This document shows, one piece after another, positions 17,928 through 27,026 of a stretch of 32,000 nucleotides of DNA. The stretch's first letter is position 1. Each line of letters opens with the position of its first letter. The translations under genes were made by a program, and so were the position numbers. Source of the DNA: Methanothermobacter marburgensis str. Marburg (GTDB lineage Archaea > Methanobacteriota > Methanobacteria > Methanobacteriales > Methanothermobacteraceae); NCBI RefSeq assembly GCF_000145295.1, contig NC_014408.1, positions 30,001 through 62,000 on the forward strand. The letters run 5' to 3'. Below the pieces are notes generated by a model, which was not told the DNA's origin, did no database searches, and was given only the letters and a program-made list of their open reading frames with translations.

Positions 17928-18082
17928 GATATATGAGCCTTTCAACGGGGATTTAATTCTCACCTTTGCAACGTTCCAGAGCATGGTTTATATTCCCGGA
18001 TGCTTAATATCACTGGTCCAGCGGTCCATATAAAAAATAGATTGCATGGATCTTGGTTGAAATTGGCTGTCGTTTACCGTCG

Positions 18083-18865
18083 TCAGATGCTCTCCTCACT
18101 GACCCTGAAGATCAACTTCCCATCTCTGTAGACCCTCAATTCTCCTCGAAGGAAGGCCTCCCATTTTTCACTGGTCAGAGGTTTACTTGCGATTATGTAA
18201 CCCTCCTGATCAGGCTTTTTCTCATGGGCGAGGTCTATCTGGTAATCGTCATCAAGGAGTTCAACAGGACCGTAGGGCGCCTTTCGATGCAACTGGTGGA
18301 GGCCCTTGTATCCCTCCATGTCATGATAGGAGAAGAGGTGCTTACCATCGGATAGGAGGCAGTTAAAATCTCCATAGCCGTTGATATCATTCAGGACGCT
18401 CCAGAGCCACAAGTAATCCTCGTCATCCCTGAATTTAACGCCCTCCTCACTGATGCGGTTCATGATGTGGCAGAATGCGATCTCGGAGTCAGTTGTCCCA
18501 ACGGGTTTATACCTTCCAACCCCAGGGTTATCAATGTTGAGGGTACCGTTGTGGGCGAACACATAGTCCCGTCCGTCCCATTCCCTCTGGAAGGGGTGGG
18601 TGTTACTGTGGGACTTATCCCCGCTGCTTATCCGACGTATATGGGATATTATGATCCTAGAACCTATGGGTTCATAGTTCTCCAGGAACTGTGACAGCGG
18701 ACTCTCCTTTGATGGGCAGGGCTCTTTGTAAACCTGTACCGATTCATCTGGATAGAAGGCCAGCCCCCAGCCGTGAGGGTTATCCTCTGACCTCATCCTG
18801 AAACCCTTGAGGGAAAAGGATGGTTTCACTTCCCGGTTAAAACAGAACCCCAGAAGTTCACACAA
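18083..18865 (-). CDS. Class II (Ntn-type) glutamine amidotransferase domain protein (YafJ/EgtC-like)
   Basis: Track ORF 18083-18940, trimmed to TTG 18865-18863 so that the protein begins M-CELLGFCFN. This family requires the nucleophile Cys right after the initiator Met. AAGGGGAGTGAT SD-like sequence lies just upstream. ...HNGTL.. and other GATase_2 patterns follow. Confidence 0.8.
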   Translation of the reverse strand: MCELLGFCFNREVKPSFSLKGFRMRSEDNPHGWGLAFYPDESVQVYKEPCPSKESPLSQFLENYEPIGSRIIISHIRRISSGDKSHSNTHPFQREWDGRDYVFAHNGTLNIDNPGVGRYKPVGTTDSEIAFCHIMNRISEEGVKFRDDEDYLWLWSVLNDINGYGDFNCLLSDGKHLFSYHDMEGYKGLHQLHRKAPYGPVELLDDDYQIDLAHEKKPDQEGYIIASKPLTSEKWEAFLRGELRVYRDGKLIFRVSEESI

Positions 18866-19108
18866 ACCAATCACTCCCCTTAAATTTTGTAATGAGATCC
18901 TTCTGTGATGGATTGTGATGCAGCCTGAGGTCAATAGCATGTCTTAGACGGTAGATCCTTATGATTAATTTAGCGAAAAACTCTTAATAAATTGCATCCA
19001 TTAACGTAACAACGCATATCTGCAATATGGTGTTCTGGACTCCCATATGCGAAAATACTATTCACTAATGAAATGACTTTAAGGTGCACGTCGCCATCCA
19101 CAGATTCT

Positions 19109-19693
19109 CTACAATCTGCCCTTGGTGCTTGGAATCATATCGTGTTCAACCCGTACAGCATCCCTCAGTGCCATTGCAAGTGCCTTGAAGAGTGCCTCGG
19201 CCTTATGGTGGTCGTTACTTCCCCTGACAGATGCATGGATGTTAATGGCAGCAGAAGCCGCAAATGACTCAAAGAAATGCCCTATGTTATCTGATGAGAC
19301 ATCTCCAATCCTGGTACCTCTGAAATCAAGTTCAAGTACCGTGTAGGGTCTTCCACCCAGGTCCAGTGCAACGGTGGCCAGGGACTCATCCATGGGGACC
19401 ATAGCATGGGCCATCCTCCTTATACCCTTTCCATCACCGAGGGCCTCCCTGAGGGCCTCGCCCAGTGTCAGCGCAACGTCCTCAACCGTGTGGTGGTCGT
19501 CAACCTCCAGATCTCCCCTTGCCTCCACCTCAAGGTCCATGAGCCCGTGACGGGCCAGCGATCCAAGCATGTGGTCAAGGAATCCAAGACCTGTATTCAC
19601 ATTTGACCTTCCACTACCATCAAGGTTCAGATCAACCTTCACATGGGTTTCAAGGGTTTCCCGGGTCTTCAGACTTCTTCTCATAGTTATCAT
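19109..19693 (-). CDS. hisB: Imidazoleglycerol-phosphate dehydratase
   Basis: ...RETLETHVKVDLNLDGSG..., DHHTVEDVALTLG, ...GSNDHHKAEALFKA... are the IGPD signature His/Glu motifs. The start is ATG 19693 or ATG 19684; both overlap the ferredoxin gene. Confidence 0.92.
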   Translation of the reverse strand: MITMRRSLKTRETLETHVKVDLNLDGSGRSNVNTGLGFLDHMLGSLARHGLMDLEVEARGDLEVDDHHTVEDVALTLGEALREALGDGKGIRRMAHAMVPMDESLATVALDLGGRPYTVLELDFRGTRIGDVSSDNIGHFFESFAASAAINIHASVRGSNDHHKAEALFKALAMALRDAVRVEHDMIPSTKGRL

Positions 19694-19880
19694 CCCTTAT
19701 GATCCTTATGGCGCCTTCAGGACATTTACTTGCACATATCATGCACTGGTGGCAGAATTCAAGGTTTGAGGCTCGGGCAGGGTTTCTCCTGTCTATGGTC
19801 CATATCCTTCCCCCCTTGGGACAGGCCTCACGGCACTCACCGCATCCGGTGCATTTATCTGGATCCACAATGATCTTCAA
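19650..19880 (-). CDS. 2x[4Fe-4S] ferredoxin-type small protein
   Basis: CTGCGECREACP and CHQCMICASKCP cluster motifs. 76 aa. Confidence 0.85.
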   Translation of the reverse strand: MKIIVDPDKCTGCGECREACPKGGRIWTIDRRNPARASNLEFCHQCMICASKCPEGAIRIIRDDNYEKKSEDPGNP

Positions 19881-19899
19881 TTAAATCACCACCAATCCG

Positions 19900-20571
19900 T
19901 CATATCTTAAGAACAGTAACAGCAACAGCCTTAAAACCAGCATATACATCGGATCCAGGGTTCAGTTTCATTTTACGCTGAGATTCACGTGTTATGCGGG
20001 TCTTGAGTTTAATGTCACCTGCATTGATCCTGACGGTCACGATGTCCCCATCCAGTTCAAGGCCTGTAACAGTCCCTGGAATGGTGTTCCTCATGCTGGT
20101 ATCGTACCTTTTACCCATGAGCACAATGTCCTCAGGGTCAACGAGGAGTATGACCTCATCTCCAGGGGATAAACCCTCAACCATTGGTGCCTCAAGGAGG
20201 GAGTTTCCCACCCTTATCCTTGAACCATCTCCTGAAATCTCCTCAACAGTTCCCTTGATTTCGTTACTGGAAATCTGCCTTTCAAGGGCCCTCTTTAATT
20301 TAAGATACTCAAGGACGACCCTGATACCTGTTTCTGTGAGCCTGCTACCTCCACCCCCACCTTTTCCACCCCTTCTGGTTTCCACGACCTCTTCACCGAG
20401 GAGTTCCTCAAGGTTCTTTATATAGGCAAGGGCGCTGCGGTAGGGGATACCAGCCTCCTCTGCTGCTTTGCTTATGGAACCCCTGCTCTGGATCAGCCTG
20501 AGAAGTCTGAACCTTCTATCATCCACAGGGACTTCGGTTCCGTCAATGGCAATTCTGCAGCTGAAGCTCAT
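19900..20571 (-). CDS. modE: ModE-like molybdate/tungstate-responsive transcriptional regulator (HTH plus Mop/TOBE domains)
   Basis: The N-terminal domain reads LLRLIQSRGSISKAAEEAGIPYRSALAYIKNLEELLGEEVVETRRGGKGGGGGSRLTETG, with the ModE-type Gly-rich turn. The C-terminal TOBE-like repeats read NTIPGTVTGLELDGDIVTVRI... Confidence 0.8.
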   Translation of the reverse strand: MSFSCRIAIDGTEVPVDDRRFRLLRLIQSRGSISKAAEEAGIPYRSALAYIKNLEELLGEEVVETRRGGKGGGGGSRLTETGIRVVLEYLKLKRALERQISSNEIKGTVEEISGDGSRIRVGNSLLEAPMVEGLSPGDEVILLVDPEDIVLMGKRYDTSMRNTIPGTVTGLELDGDIVTVRINAGDIKLKTRITRESQRKMKLNPGSDVYAGFKAVAVTVLKI

Positions 20572-20611
20572 TGTAGAACCTATGGATCTTGTTCTTTATA
20601 TTCTTATGCCA

Positions 20612-22168
20612 TCACCTTGCCCAGCGGTCCATAAGATCAGCCACCCTGTTCATGGCTCCTGAGAGGGGACCCATCCTTGACGCAGACTTCCTCACAAGCC
20701 TCACGTCACGCTTCTCAACACCCCCTATAAGGAGTAGGCTCGCACCGTAAACCAGGGGACTGAGGATTATTGCCAGAAGGAGCCCCATGATGGTCTGGGG
20801 AAGGAGCAGCATGAAGACCCCCATAACCCCTGATGAGAATCCTATCCTGAGAAGTGAGAGGCCCGGCGGCTTCACACCGGTTATCTCTGAGGTCTTCCAG
20901 AGGATGATGATCATTATAATGAAGGCCGCGATTGTTGTTGCAAGGGCTCCCCCCTCGATTCCAATTAAGGGTACAAGGGCAACGTTCAGTGCAAGGTTTA
21001 TGACAGTTCCAGCAACCAGCACGTACATTGGAAGACGGGGGTAACCTATCCCCTGGGCGATACTTGATGATATCATGAAAAGGGTGTAGAAGCTCATCCC
21101 AACAACCAGTATGCTCAGAGCGCCAGCACCGAAGATGAAGTTGCTCCCAAAGAGGAGTTCAAGAAGGGGTTCTGAGAAGACGGCTATGCCAACACACATG
21201 GGAAGCACAAGGAGAGTCACGACCCTGTATGACTGTACAATGTAGGTTTCAAGGAGCCTCCTGTCCTTCAGTGCGAAGGCCTCTGATGCCGCAGGAAGAA
21301 CAGCGGTTGCCACAGAGAGGGATACTACAAGAGGAAGCCTTGCAATGGGATCAGCCGCAGTGTAGTATCCCACAGAGGTTGTCGCCATGAACACACCTAT
21401 CACAAATACACTTATATCATATATTGCCATCTCAGAGAGGGCGGTGATTATAACGGGGATGGAGAATGAGAGAAGCACTTTCACAAGTCCCAGTTCCTCC
21501 CTGATGGTCAGCCTTTTTTCTGGGGGAGCAGGTGGGAAATAGCTGTTCATCAGCCTTTTGAATATCAGGATAGCTGATATGGCCGAGGCGAGAAAACCCA
21601 TGGCGGTACCCATAACCGCCCCTGCTGCATAGAAACCGGCCATCACAAAGACAACTGCGAGGGTTATCATGAAAACCTGCTCAACCGCCCTTGTAACCAC
21701 GACGTACTCCATCCGGTATATGCCCTGAAATGCGCCCCTGAAGGCACCCACTATAACACTGAATGGTGTTATAAGTGCAACAGCCTGCAAGGGGTACTGG
21801 GCTGCTGGTTTATGGAAGAACTGGTTTGCAAGCCAGGGGGCTGTGAAGAACATTACGAGGGAGAACGTCAGACCAAGAAATATCATGACCTTCAGCGCGG
21901 TTATAACAACCTGCCTGGCCATTTCATCCTCCTTGAGGGCCCGGTGCTGGGCCACATACTTGGCTATTGCCGGCGGCAGACCCCCGGCGGCCAGTATCTG
22001 GAATATCCCCTGGAATGGGAGTGTCAGTCCCAGGAGTCCGTAGCCCTCGGGTCCGAGGAGACGTGTCATTAGAACGCGGTAGATGTATCCACCCACCCTG
22101 AAAAGCAGGTTGCCGATTATTATAAAGAAGCTGCCCTTTAAGAGTTTGGAGGTACCTGAAGATGCCAT
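20612..22168 (-). CDS. MOP-superfamily lipid-linked oligosaccharide flippase (Wzx/MurJ/SpoVB-like polysaccharide biosynthesis protein)
   Basis: 518 aa with ~14 hydrophobic helices. The N-terminus KGSFFIIIGNLLFRVGGYIYRVLMTRLLGPEGYGLLGL is typical of this family. Confidence 0.8.
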   Translation of the reverse strand: MASSGTSKLLKGSFFIIIGNLLFRVGGYIYRVLMTRLLGPEGYGLLGLTLPFQGIFQILAAGGLPPAIAKYVAQHRALKEDEMARQVVITALKVMIFLGLTFSLVMFFTAPWLANQFFHKPAAQYPLQAVALITPFSVIVGAFRGAFQGIYRMEYVVVTRAVEQVFMITLAVVFVMAGFYAAGAVMGTAMGFLASAISAILIFKRLMNSYFPPAPPEKRLTIREELGLVKVLLSFSIPVIITALSEMAIYDISVFVIGVFMATTSVGYYTAADPIARLPLVVSLSVATAVLPAASEAFALKDRRLLETYIVQSYRVVTLLVLPMCVGIAVFSEPLLELLFGSNFIFGAGALSILVVGMSFYTLFMISSSIAQGIGYPRLPMYVLVAGTVINLALNVALVPLIGIEGGALATTIAAFIIMIIILWKTSEITGVKPPGLSLLRIGFSSGVMGVFMLLLPQTIMGLLLAIILSPLVYGASLLLIGGVEKRDVRLVRKSASRMGPLSGAMNRVADLMDRWAR

Positions 22169-22244
22169 TGAATCACCGGAAAAATAGATCTGATAGCGCC
22201 TTAAATAAGCCTTTGGGTCGAAGTTGCCATGATAAAAAAATAAA

Positions 22245-22829
22245 TTATGGGGTCTGGGAATTCAAAAATCTTTTAAACATTTTGAGGGTTTTATCAAGGG
22301 TTTTAAACCCATAGGAATCCTCCTTAACGCCCTCGATGGTGTCCCTTGACCAGAGACATGCCCCAAGGTTTGCTCCGAAGGACCCCCCGCTTACTGGTAT
22401 TACTCCGTTGAGGATGTAGAAGGTGTGTATCTGCATGAGGGCAGGTTCCTGCCCCCCGCACCTGTCACCACCAACAGCTATGCCCATGCCCAACTTACCC
22501 CTTAGGGAGTCGTAGTCCTCTGCACCAAGCGCCCGGCAGCGGTCCATTATGGCCTTCACCTGGGCGCTGACACCGCCATTGTAGACAGGGGTTGCAATTA
22601 TGATTCCCTGGGCCCCCCTAAGGAGGTCGTAGAGTGGGTACATGTCGTCCTTCAGCACACACTCCCTGTTCCTGAGGCAGTAGTCACAGTGCCTGCAGGG
22701 TGAGATGTTCTTACCCCTTACAGTGAAGAACTCTGTTTCAAACCCTTCATCCTCCAGTGTTTCAAGGGTCCTCTCAAGCACGTAATGGGTGGCCTGTTTC
22801 CTGGGGCTTCCACATATACCCACTATCAT
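22245..22829 (-). CDS. isf: Iron-sulfur flavoprotein (Isf) / FMN reductase-like protein
   Basis: MIVGICGSPRK...ISPCRHCDYCLRNRECV carries the compact Cys cluster motif of Isf, followed by a flavodoxin-like fold. The track start 22835 is TTG. ATG 22829, behind a GGGGG motif, is preferred. Confidence 0.8.
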   Translation of the reverse strand: MIVGICGSPRKQATHYVLERTLETLEDEGFETEFFTVRGKNISPCRHCDYCLRNRECVLKDDMYPLYDLLRGAQGIIIATPVYNGGVSAQVKAIMDRCRALGAEDYDSLRGKLGMGIAVGGDRCGGQEPALMQIHTFYILNGVIPVSGGSFGANLGACLWSRDTIEGVKEDSYGFKTLDKTLKMFKRFLNSQTP

Positions 22830-22847
22830 ATGCAACCCCCTTCTCGG

Positions 22848-24068
22848 CTAGATTGACTCGTCCTCGTCAAGGGGCAGTCTCATGGTGTCGGGGTCCTGGG
22901 GCATGTGCTCCAGGAAGTCCTCGGCGGCCCTCCTCACATCCCTTGAGCCGATTATGTACCTTCCAACCACTATTATGTCGGCGCCGCTATCAAGGGCCTC
23001 CTGCATCTTGGATGGTGTTATACCTCCTGCAACGGCCACAAGGCCCCTGGGGCCAAGTATATCCTTTATTTCCCTGATGTTGCCCCATTCGCTCATTTCA
23101 CCAATGTCCTCTCCACGCTCTGCTCTGAGGGTTTCAAGGTCTACATTCCTGTGGAGGAGGACGATGTCTGGCTTGTATCTGAGGCCCCTGAGTTTATCAA
23201 CGAAGTTTTCAACATTCATCATGTCCAGTATGGAGTATATGCCCTGTTTCTGGGCCTCGTGGATGGCCTTCTCAATGGATTCAACGGTTCCGAGACCGGA
23301 TATGGCCACTGCATCAGCCGTCTCATCTGCGGCCATCTTAACCTCTATCCTGCCAACGTCAAGGGTTTTGAGGTCAGCTATTATGAAGGCGTCCCTTCGA
23401 AGCTCCCTTATCCTGCTTACGACACCAACACCGAACTTCTTGACGAGGGGTGTTCCGGCCTCGAGGAGTATCCTTTCCCTGTTGGGGAGAGCGTCAATGA
23501 TCCTCTCCATCTCCTCAATGCTGTCAAGGTCAAGGGCAACCTGCAGGTAGGGGGGGTTCCACAGTCTGACTGCCCTGAAACCCATGATTGGGTGGCTTCC
23601 CCGGTCCTTTTCACTGAGGACCTTCCTTGCTGAGGGGTAGTTCTCCATGGCCCTTCTGAGGGCCAGTTTGGTTGCCCCGTAGTTGTACTGGTATATCTTG
23701 CGGTAGTCCTCTGCCTCTGGGTGTATGAATACACTGACAATTACCACGAGGTCCTCAACCTTTTCCTCGGGGATTATTCCCTCCTCAACCGCATCGGCAA
23801 CTGCACGGGCAACCGCTGTCTGAGCCGGCCCGAAGACCTTGTCGGCGTCCTCAAGGCAGCTCACCGTAACCTTGGGTACTATGAGGGTTGCGGGTTTTGT
23901 CATGAGGTTGGGCCTTATAACCGATAGAAGTGGTGTATGACCAAGGGAAAGGCTGGTGAGGCCATTTGCAAAGGCTGCCCCCGCGTTTCCCTCCTTATCA
24001 CCTATGATGAGATCTATATGGGCAACCTCATTGCCGCTTCCTATGAGTGCTTCACCTATTCTGTACAA
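22848..24068 (-). CDS. fae-hps: Bifunctional formaldehyde-activating enzyme / 3-hexulose-6-phosphate synthase
   Basis: The N-terminal Fae domain reads [37 protein letters not shown]...[13 protein letters not shown]. The C-terminal OMPDC-fold HPS domain reads LQVALDL...ADLKTLDVG...VVGRYI. 406 aa. Confidence 0.9.
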   Translation of the reverse strand: MYRIGEALIGSGNEVAHIDLIIGDKEGNAGAAFANGLTSLSLGHTPLLSVIRPNLMTKPATLIVPKVTVSCLEDADKVFGPAQTAVARAVADAVEEGIIPEEKVEDLVVIVSVFIHPEAEDYRKIYQYNYGATKLALRRAMENYPSARKVLSEKDRGSHPIMGFRAVRLWNPPYLQVALDLDSIEEMERIIDALPNRERILLEAGTPLVKKFGVGVVSRIRELRRDAFIIADLKTLDVGRIEVKMAADETADAVAISGLGTVESIEKAIHEAQKQGIYSILDMMNVENFVDKLRGLRYKPDIVLLHRNVDLETLRAERGEDIGEMSEWGNIREIKDILGPRGLVAVAGGITPSKMQEALDSGADIIVVGRYIIGSRDVRRAAEDFLEHMPQDPDTMRLPLDEDESI

Positions 24069-24080
24069 TCTTTATCCTCC

Positions 24081-24368
24081 TTATGTGGTTTGATTTTGAG
24101 CCGGTGGTTCGGGTTCTTCAGGTGCTGTGGTGTTTCCTTCACCTGGTGTGATGTTTGTCCTGGTTCTCTTTGTGGTTTTTATGGTGTTGTCGGTGCTGAC
24201 CGGTGCAGGGGATTCATTTGCAAAACTCATATCCGTTGTTGCGTTGTCAGCCCAGTCCAGCTGGGTCACGTTCTGTTCCTGGGCCCCCATGTACAGGGCA
24301 ACATTGAAACCGACCATCAGTGCTATGATAAGGATCATGGCACCGATAACGATATTTCTGTAGTCCAT
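24081..24368 (-). CDS. Small single-pass membrane protein with an Asn/Thr/Pro-rich, sequon-dense ectodomain
   Basis: An N-terminal anchor (IVIGAMILIIALMVGF) is followed by a low-complexity tail carrying six N-x-S/T sequons (NVT, NAT, NES, NIT, NTT, NQT). GGTGAT SD and a TATA-like AGTTTATATCAA lie upstream. The stop is 12 nt before the fae-hps start. Confidence 0.6.
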   Translation of the reverse strand: MDYRNIVIGAMILIIALMVGFNVALYMGAQEQNVTQLDWADNATTDMSFANESPAPVSTDNTIKTTKRTRTNITPGEGNTTAPEEPEPPAQNQTT

Positions 24369-24458
24369 CAGATCACCTTGATGAGATTGATATAAACTAA
24401 TTTAGTGTAGGTGATGATGGTATTTATATGTATTGAAGAAGAAGATACGGGATTTTTC

Positions 24459-24505
24459 ATGGCTGAAATCCAGTGGAGTTCCATGTATCATGGAGTTTCA
24501 GCCAT
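24459..24505 (-). promoter_or_regulatory. Intergenic hairpin between trpB2 and the small membrane-protein gene
   Basis: ATGGCTGAAATCC (24459-24471) pairs with GGAGTTTCAGCCAT (24492-24505). That gives a 10-bp perfect stem plus 3 bp after a 1-nt bulge, with a 20-nt loop. Confidence 0.5.
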
Positions 24506-24532
24506 AAATCCCCATGAATTCAATCGGGGCTA

Positions 24533-25819
24533 TCAGATTTTGCCCTCAAGATAGTCCCCGTAACCCTTGAGGTCCAGGAGCCCGTGGCCAGAGAAGCTTA
24601 CGACTATGGTTTTTTCCTCACCGGTCTCTCTGCACTTTCTGGCCTCATCCATGGCAACACTTATGGCGTGGCAGGTCTCTGGTGCAGGAACAACCCCCTC
24701 GGCCTTTGCAAATTTAACACCGCTCTCAAATATTTTATGCTGTTCTACGGCCCGGGCCTTGATGATGCCCTCCTTCACCAGCAGTGCAACCTGCGGTGAC
24801 ATTCCATGGTACCTCAGACCGCCTGCATGTACAGATGGGGGTACAAAGTCGTGGCCTAGTGTGTACATCTTGAGGAGTGGTGTCATACCAGCAGTGTCAC
24901 CAAAGTCATACCGGTATTCTCCCTGGGTGAGGGTCGGGCAGGATCTTGGTTCAGCTGCTATGAATTCACAGTCGAGCTTACCATCAAGTTTATCCTTTAT
25001 GAATGGAAAAACCGCCCCGCCAAAGTTGCTGCCCCCACCCACACATCCTATCATGACGTCAGGTGTTTCACCTGCTATTTCCAGCTGTTTCTGTGTTTCA
25101 AGACCTATCACGGTCTGGTGTAGCAGAACGTGGTTGAGGACGCTTCCAAGGGAGTAGTAAACGTTTTCATACTGGAGGGCCTCCTCCATGGCCTCTGATA
25201 TGGCTATACCAAGGGAGCCCGGGTGTTCTGGGTCCTCACTGAGTATTTTCCTTCCGAATTCGGTATGGTCACTTGGTGATGGGACAACCTCGCCACCATA
25301 GAGCTGCATTATTGTTTTCCTGAAGGGCTTCTGGTTGAAGGAAACCCTGACCATGTAGACCTTGCACTGGAGGTCCATGAGTGAACATGCAAGTGAGAGG
25401 GCGGTTCCCCACTGTCCAGCGCCTGTTTCTGTTGTGAGCCTTTCAGCTCCATCTTCACGGGCATAGTATGCCTGTGCTATCGCGGTATTGAGCTTGTGGC
25501 TTCCTGTGGGTGAATAATCCTCCCTCTTGTAGTATATCCTGGCGGGGGTGTCAAGCATCTCCTCAAGGCCCTTTGCTCGAAAGAGTGGGGTGGGTCTTCC
25601 GATCATCTTGTAGACATCTCTGACCTCACGGGGGATCTTTATCCAGCGCTCCATTGACATCTCCTGCTCAAGAACCCCCCTTGAGAACACCCTTGGAAGG
25701 TTCTCTATGTTCTCTCCGCCCTCAGGGTTTCTGGGTTCTGGTAGTGGTGATGGCAGGTCCGGGTTGATGTTGTACCATTTTTTTGGTATTTCATTTTCGT
25801 CAAGAACAATCTTGTTCAT
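24533..25819 (-). CDS. trpB2: Tryptophan synthase beta-like PLP enzyme, TrpB2 type
   Basis: 428 aa with the long N-terminal extension typical of TrpB2 ([23 protein letters not shown]...). The PLP Lys region reads [11 protein letters not shown], followed by GGGSNFGG. Confidence 0.88.
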   Translation of the reverse strand: MNKIVLDENEIPKKWYNINPDLPSPLPEPRNPEGGENIENLPRVFSRGVLEQEMSMERWIKIPREVRDVYKMIGRPTPLFRAKGLEEMLDTPARIYYKREDYSPTGSHKLNTAIAQAYYAREDGAERLTTETGAGQWGTALSLACSLMDLQCKVYMVRVSFNQKPFRKTIMQLYGGEVVPSPSDHTEFGRKILSEDPEHPGSLGIAISEAMEEALQYENVYYSLGSVLNHVLLHQTVIGLETQKQLEIAGETPDVMIGCVGGGSNFGGAVFPFIKDKLDGKLDCEFIAAEPRSCPTLTQGEYRYDFGDTAGMTPLLKMYTLGHDFVPPSVHAGGLRYHGMSPQVALLVKEGIIKARAVEQHKIFESGVKFAKAEGVVPAPETCHAISVAMDEARKCRETGEEKTIVVSFSGHGLLDLKGYGDYLEGKI

Positions 25820-25966
25820 GGTATCACCTTAGATTTCATGATAAGGTCATGTTATCATCAGCATTTACATGCATGATGTCTCTTTAAAGAACTATTTAAA
25901 ACTTTACAGTACATATCTGTACATTTAGGAAATGGTTAATAAATGGGGGGAAGATATGATTCCCAC

Positions 25967-26986
25967 ATGAAGATACTTGCAGTTGATGTGGGGGCAGGGA
26001 CCCAGGATATAATGTACCATGATACTGCAGTTGATAGAATTGAAAATTCCATAAAGATGGTACTGCCCTCACCCACAAGGATAATCGCAGAAAGGATCAG
26101 GGGAATCAGTGAGGACGTCTTCATTCATGGCCAGACAATGGGAGGGGGACCCGTGAGCAGGGCCATAATTGAGCACCTTGAGAGGGGTTACAGGGTTGTA
26201 ATGACCCATGAGGCAGCAAGGACCATCAGGGATGACCTTGAAAGGGTCAGGGCGATGGGGATAGAGATATCAGACAGGGACCCTGGCCTGAGGAGGGTGA
26301 AGTTAACGGATGTTGATCTCGGGGCCATAGCAGGGGCCCTCGGACACTTTGACGTTGAACTGGAAATCGACTTCCTGGGGGTGGCTGTTCAGGACCATGG
26401 TGCGGGTGGTGATATGGGTGATAGAAACTTCCGCTTCATGAAGATCAGGGAGAAACTAAGAGAACCAGTGAAACCTCAGGAGTTCTCATACCTTGGCAAT
26501 GTCCCAGATTACTTCACCAGGATGAAATCCATTGAGGGGGCAGCTGAGCACCCCCTCCTTCTGATGGATTCCAAGTTCGCCTCAATAGCAGGGGCTCTCC
26601 TTGACCCCGCAGTGAACTCAGCTGGGCCGCTAGTCGCTGTTGATGTGGGTAACGGCCACACCCTGGCAGCCAGCGTACTGGATGGCAGGATACATGGGGT
26701 CATGGAGCACCACACAAAGATGCTGTCCCCTGAAAAACTTGAGGAACTCCTCCTGAAACTCGCCCATGGGGAGATAACCCACCGGGAGGTCCATGGCGAC
26801 GGAGGTCATGGTGCCCATGTCCTTGGAGGGGTGGGTGAGCCTGAGGTGGTTGTTGCAACTGGTCCACAGAGGAGTATTCTCGATGAAACATCCCTCAGGG
26901 TCCACCATGCTGCACCGGCAGGGGACGTCATGATGACAGGGCCCGTGGGGCTCATAGGAAGCATAGAATACAGGGTGATGCACTGA
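25967..26986 (+). CDS. Actin-fold (ASKHA) ATPase-like protein of unknown function (resembles Pfam DUF1786, from memory)
   Basis: MKILAVDVGAGTQDIM is a phosphate-1-like DxGxGT motif, and LVAVDVGNGHTLAA is a second DxGxGxT motif. Track ORF 25943-26986. ATG 25967 is preferred because it puts the beta1 strand at the N-terminus; 25943 remains possible. Confidence 0.7.
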   Translation: MKILAVDVGAGTQDIMYHDTAVDRIENSIKMVLPSPTRIIAERIRGISEDVFIHGQTMGGGPVSRAIIEHLERGYRVVMTHEAARTIRDDLERVRAMGIEISDRDPGLRRVKLTDVDLGAIAGALGHFDVELEIDFLGVAVQDHGAGGDMGDRNFRFMKIREKLREPVKPQEFSYLGNVPDYFTRMKSIEGAAEHPLLLMDSKFASIAGALLDPAVNSAGPLVAVDVGNGHTLAASVLDGRIHGVMEHHTKMLSPEKLEELLLKLAHGEITHREVHGDGGHGAHVLGGVGEPEVVVATGPQRSILDETSLRVHHAAPAGDVMMTGPVGLIGSIEYRVMH

Positions 26987-27026
26987 TGGGTCCAGGGAAC
27001 ATGAGGGCAATTGTTAAGGTGGTTTC

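Noticed and set aside
18018-18030. The 13-mer CCAGCGGTCCATA is shared between the mtd downstream region (18018-18030) and the 3' end of the flippase gene (20621-20633).
   Set aside because: Several exact 13-mers shared by chance are expected in a 32-kb window read on both strands. One copy is coding and there is no surrounding similarity.
17908-18061. The 8-nt inverted repeat TTCAACCA (17908-17915) / TGGTTGAA (18054-18061), both preceded by GATCTT, bracketing the mtd/GATase convergent spacer. I considered a MITE-like or structured-RNA boundary.
   Set aside because: The repeat is too short to be significant, there are no target-site duplications, and no further pairing occurs between the arms.
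24378-24470. TGATGA motifs (24379-24384, 24412-24417) and a downstream CTGA, reminiscent of C/D-box sRNA elements.
   Set aside because: The spacing between the boxes (about 28 nt and then about 45 nt) does not fit the C-D'-C'-D layout. The region is AT-rich and coincides with the promoter/SD of the 24368 gene.
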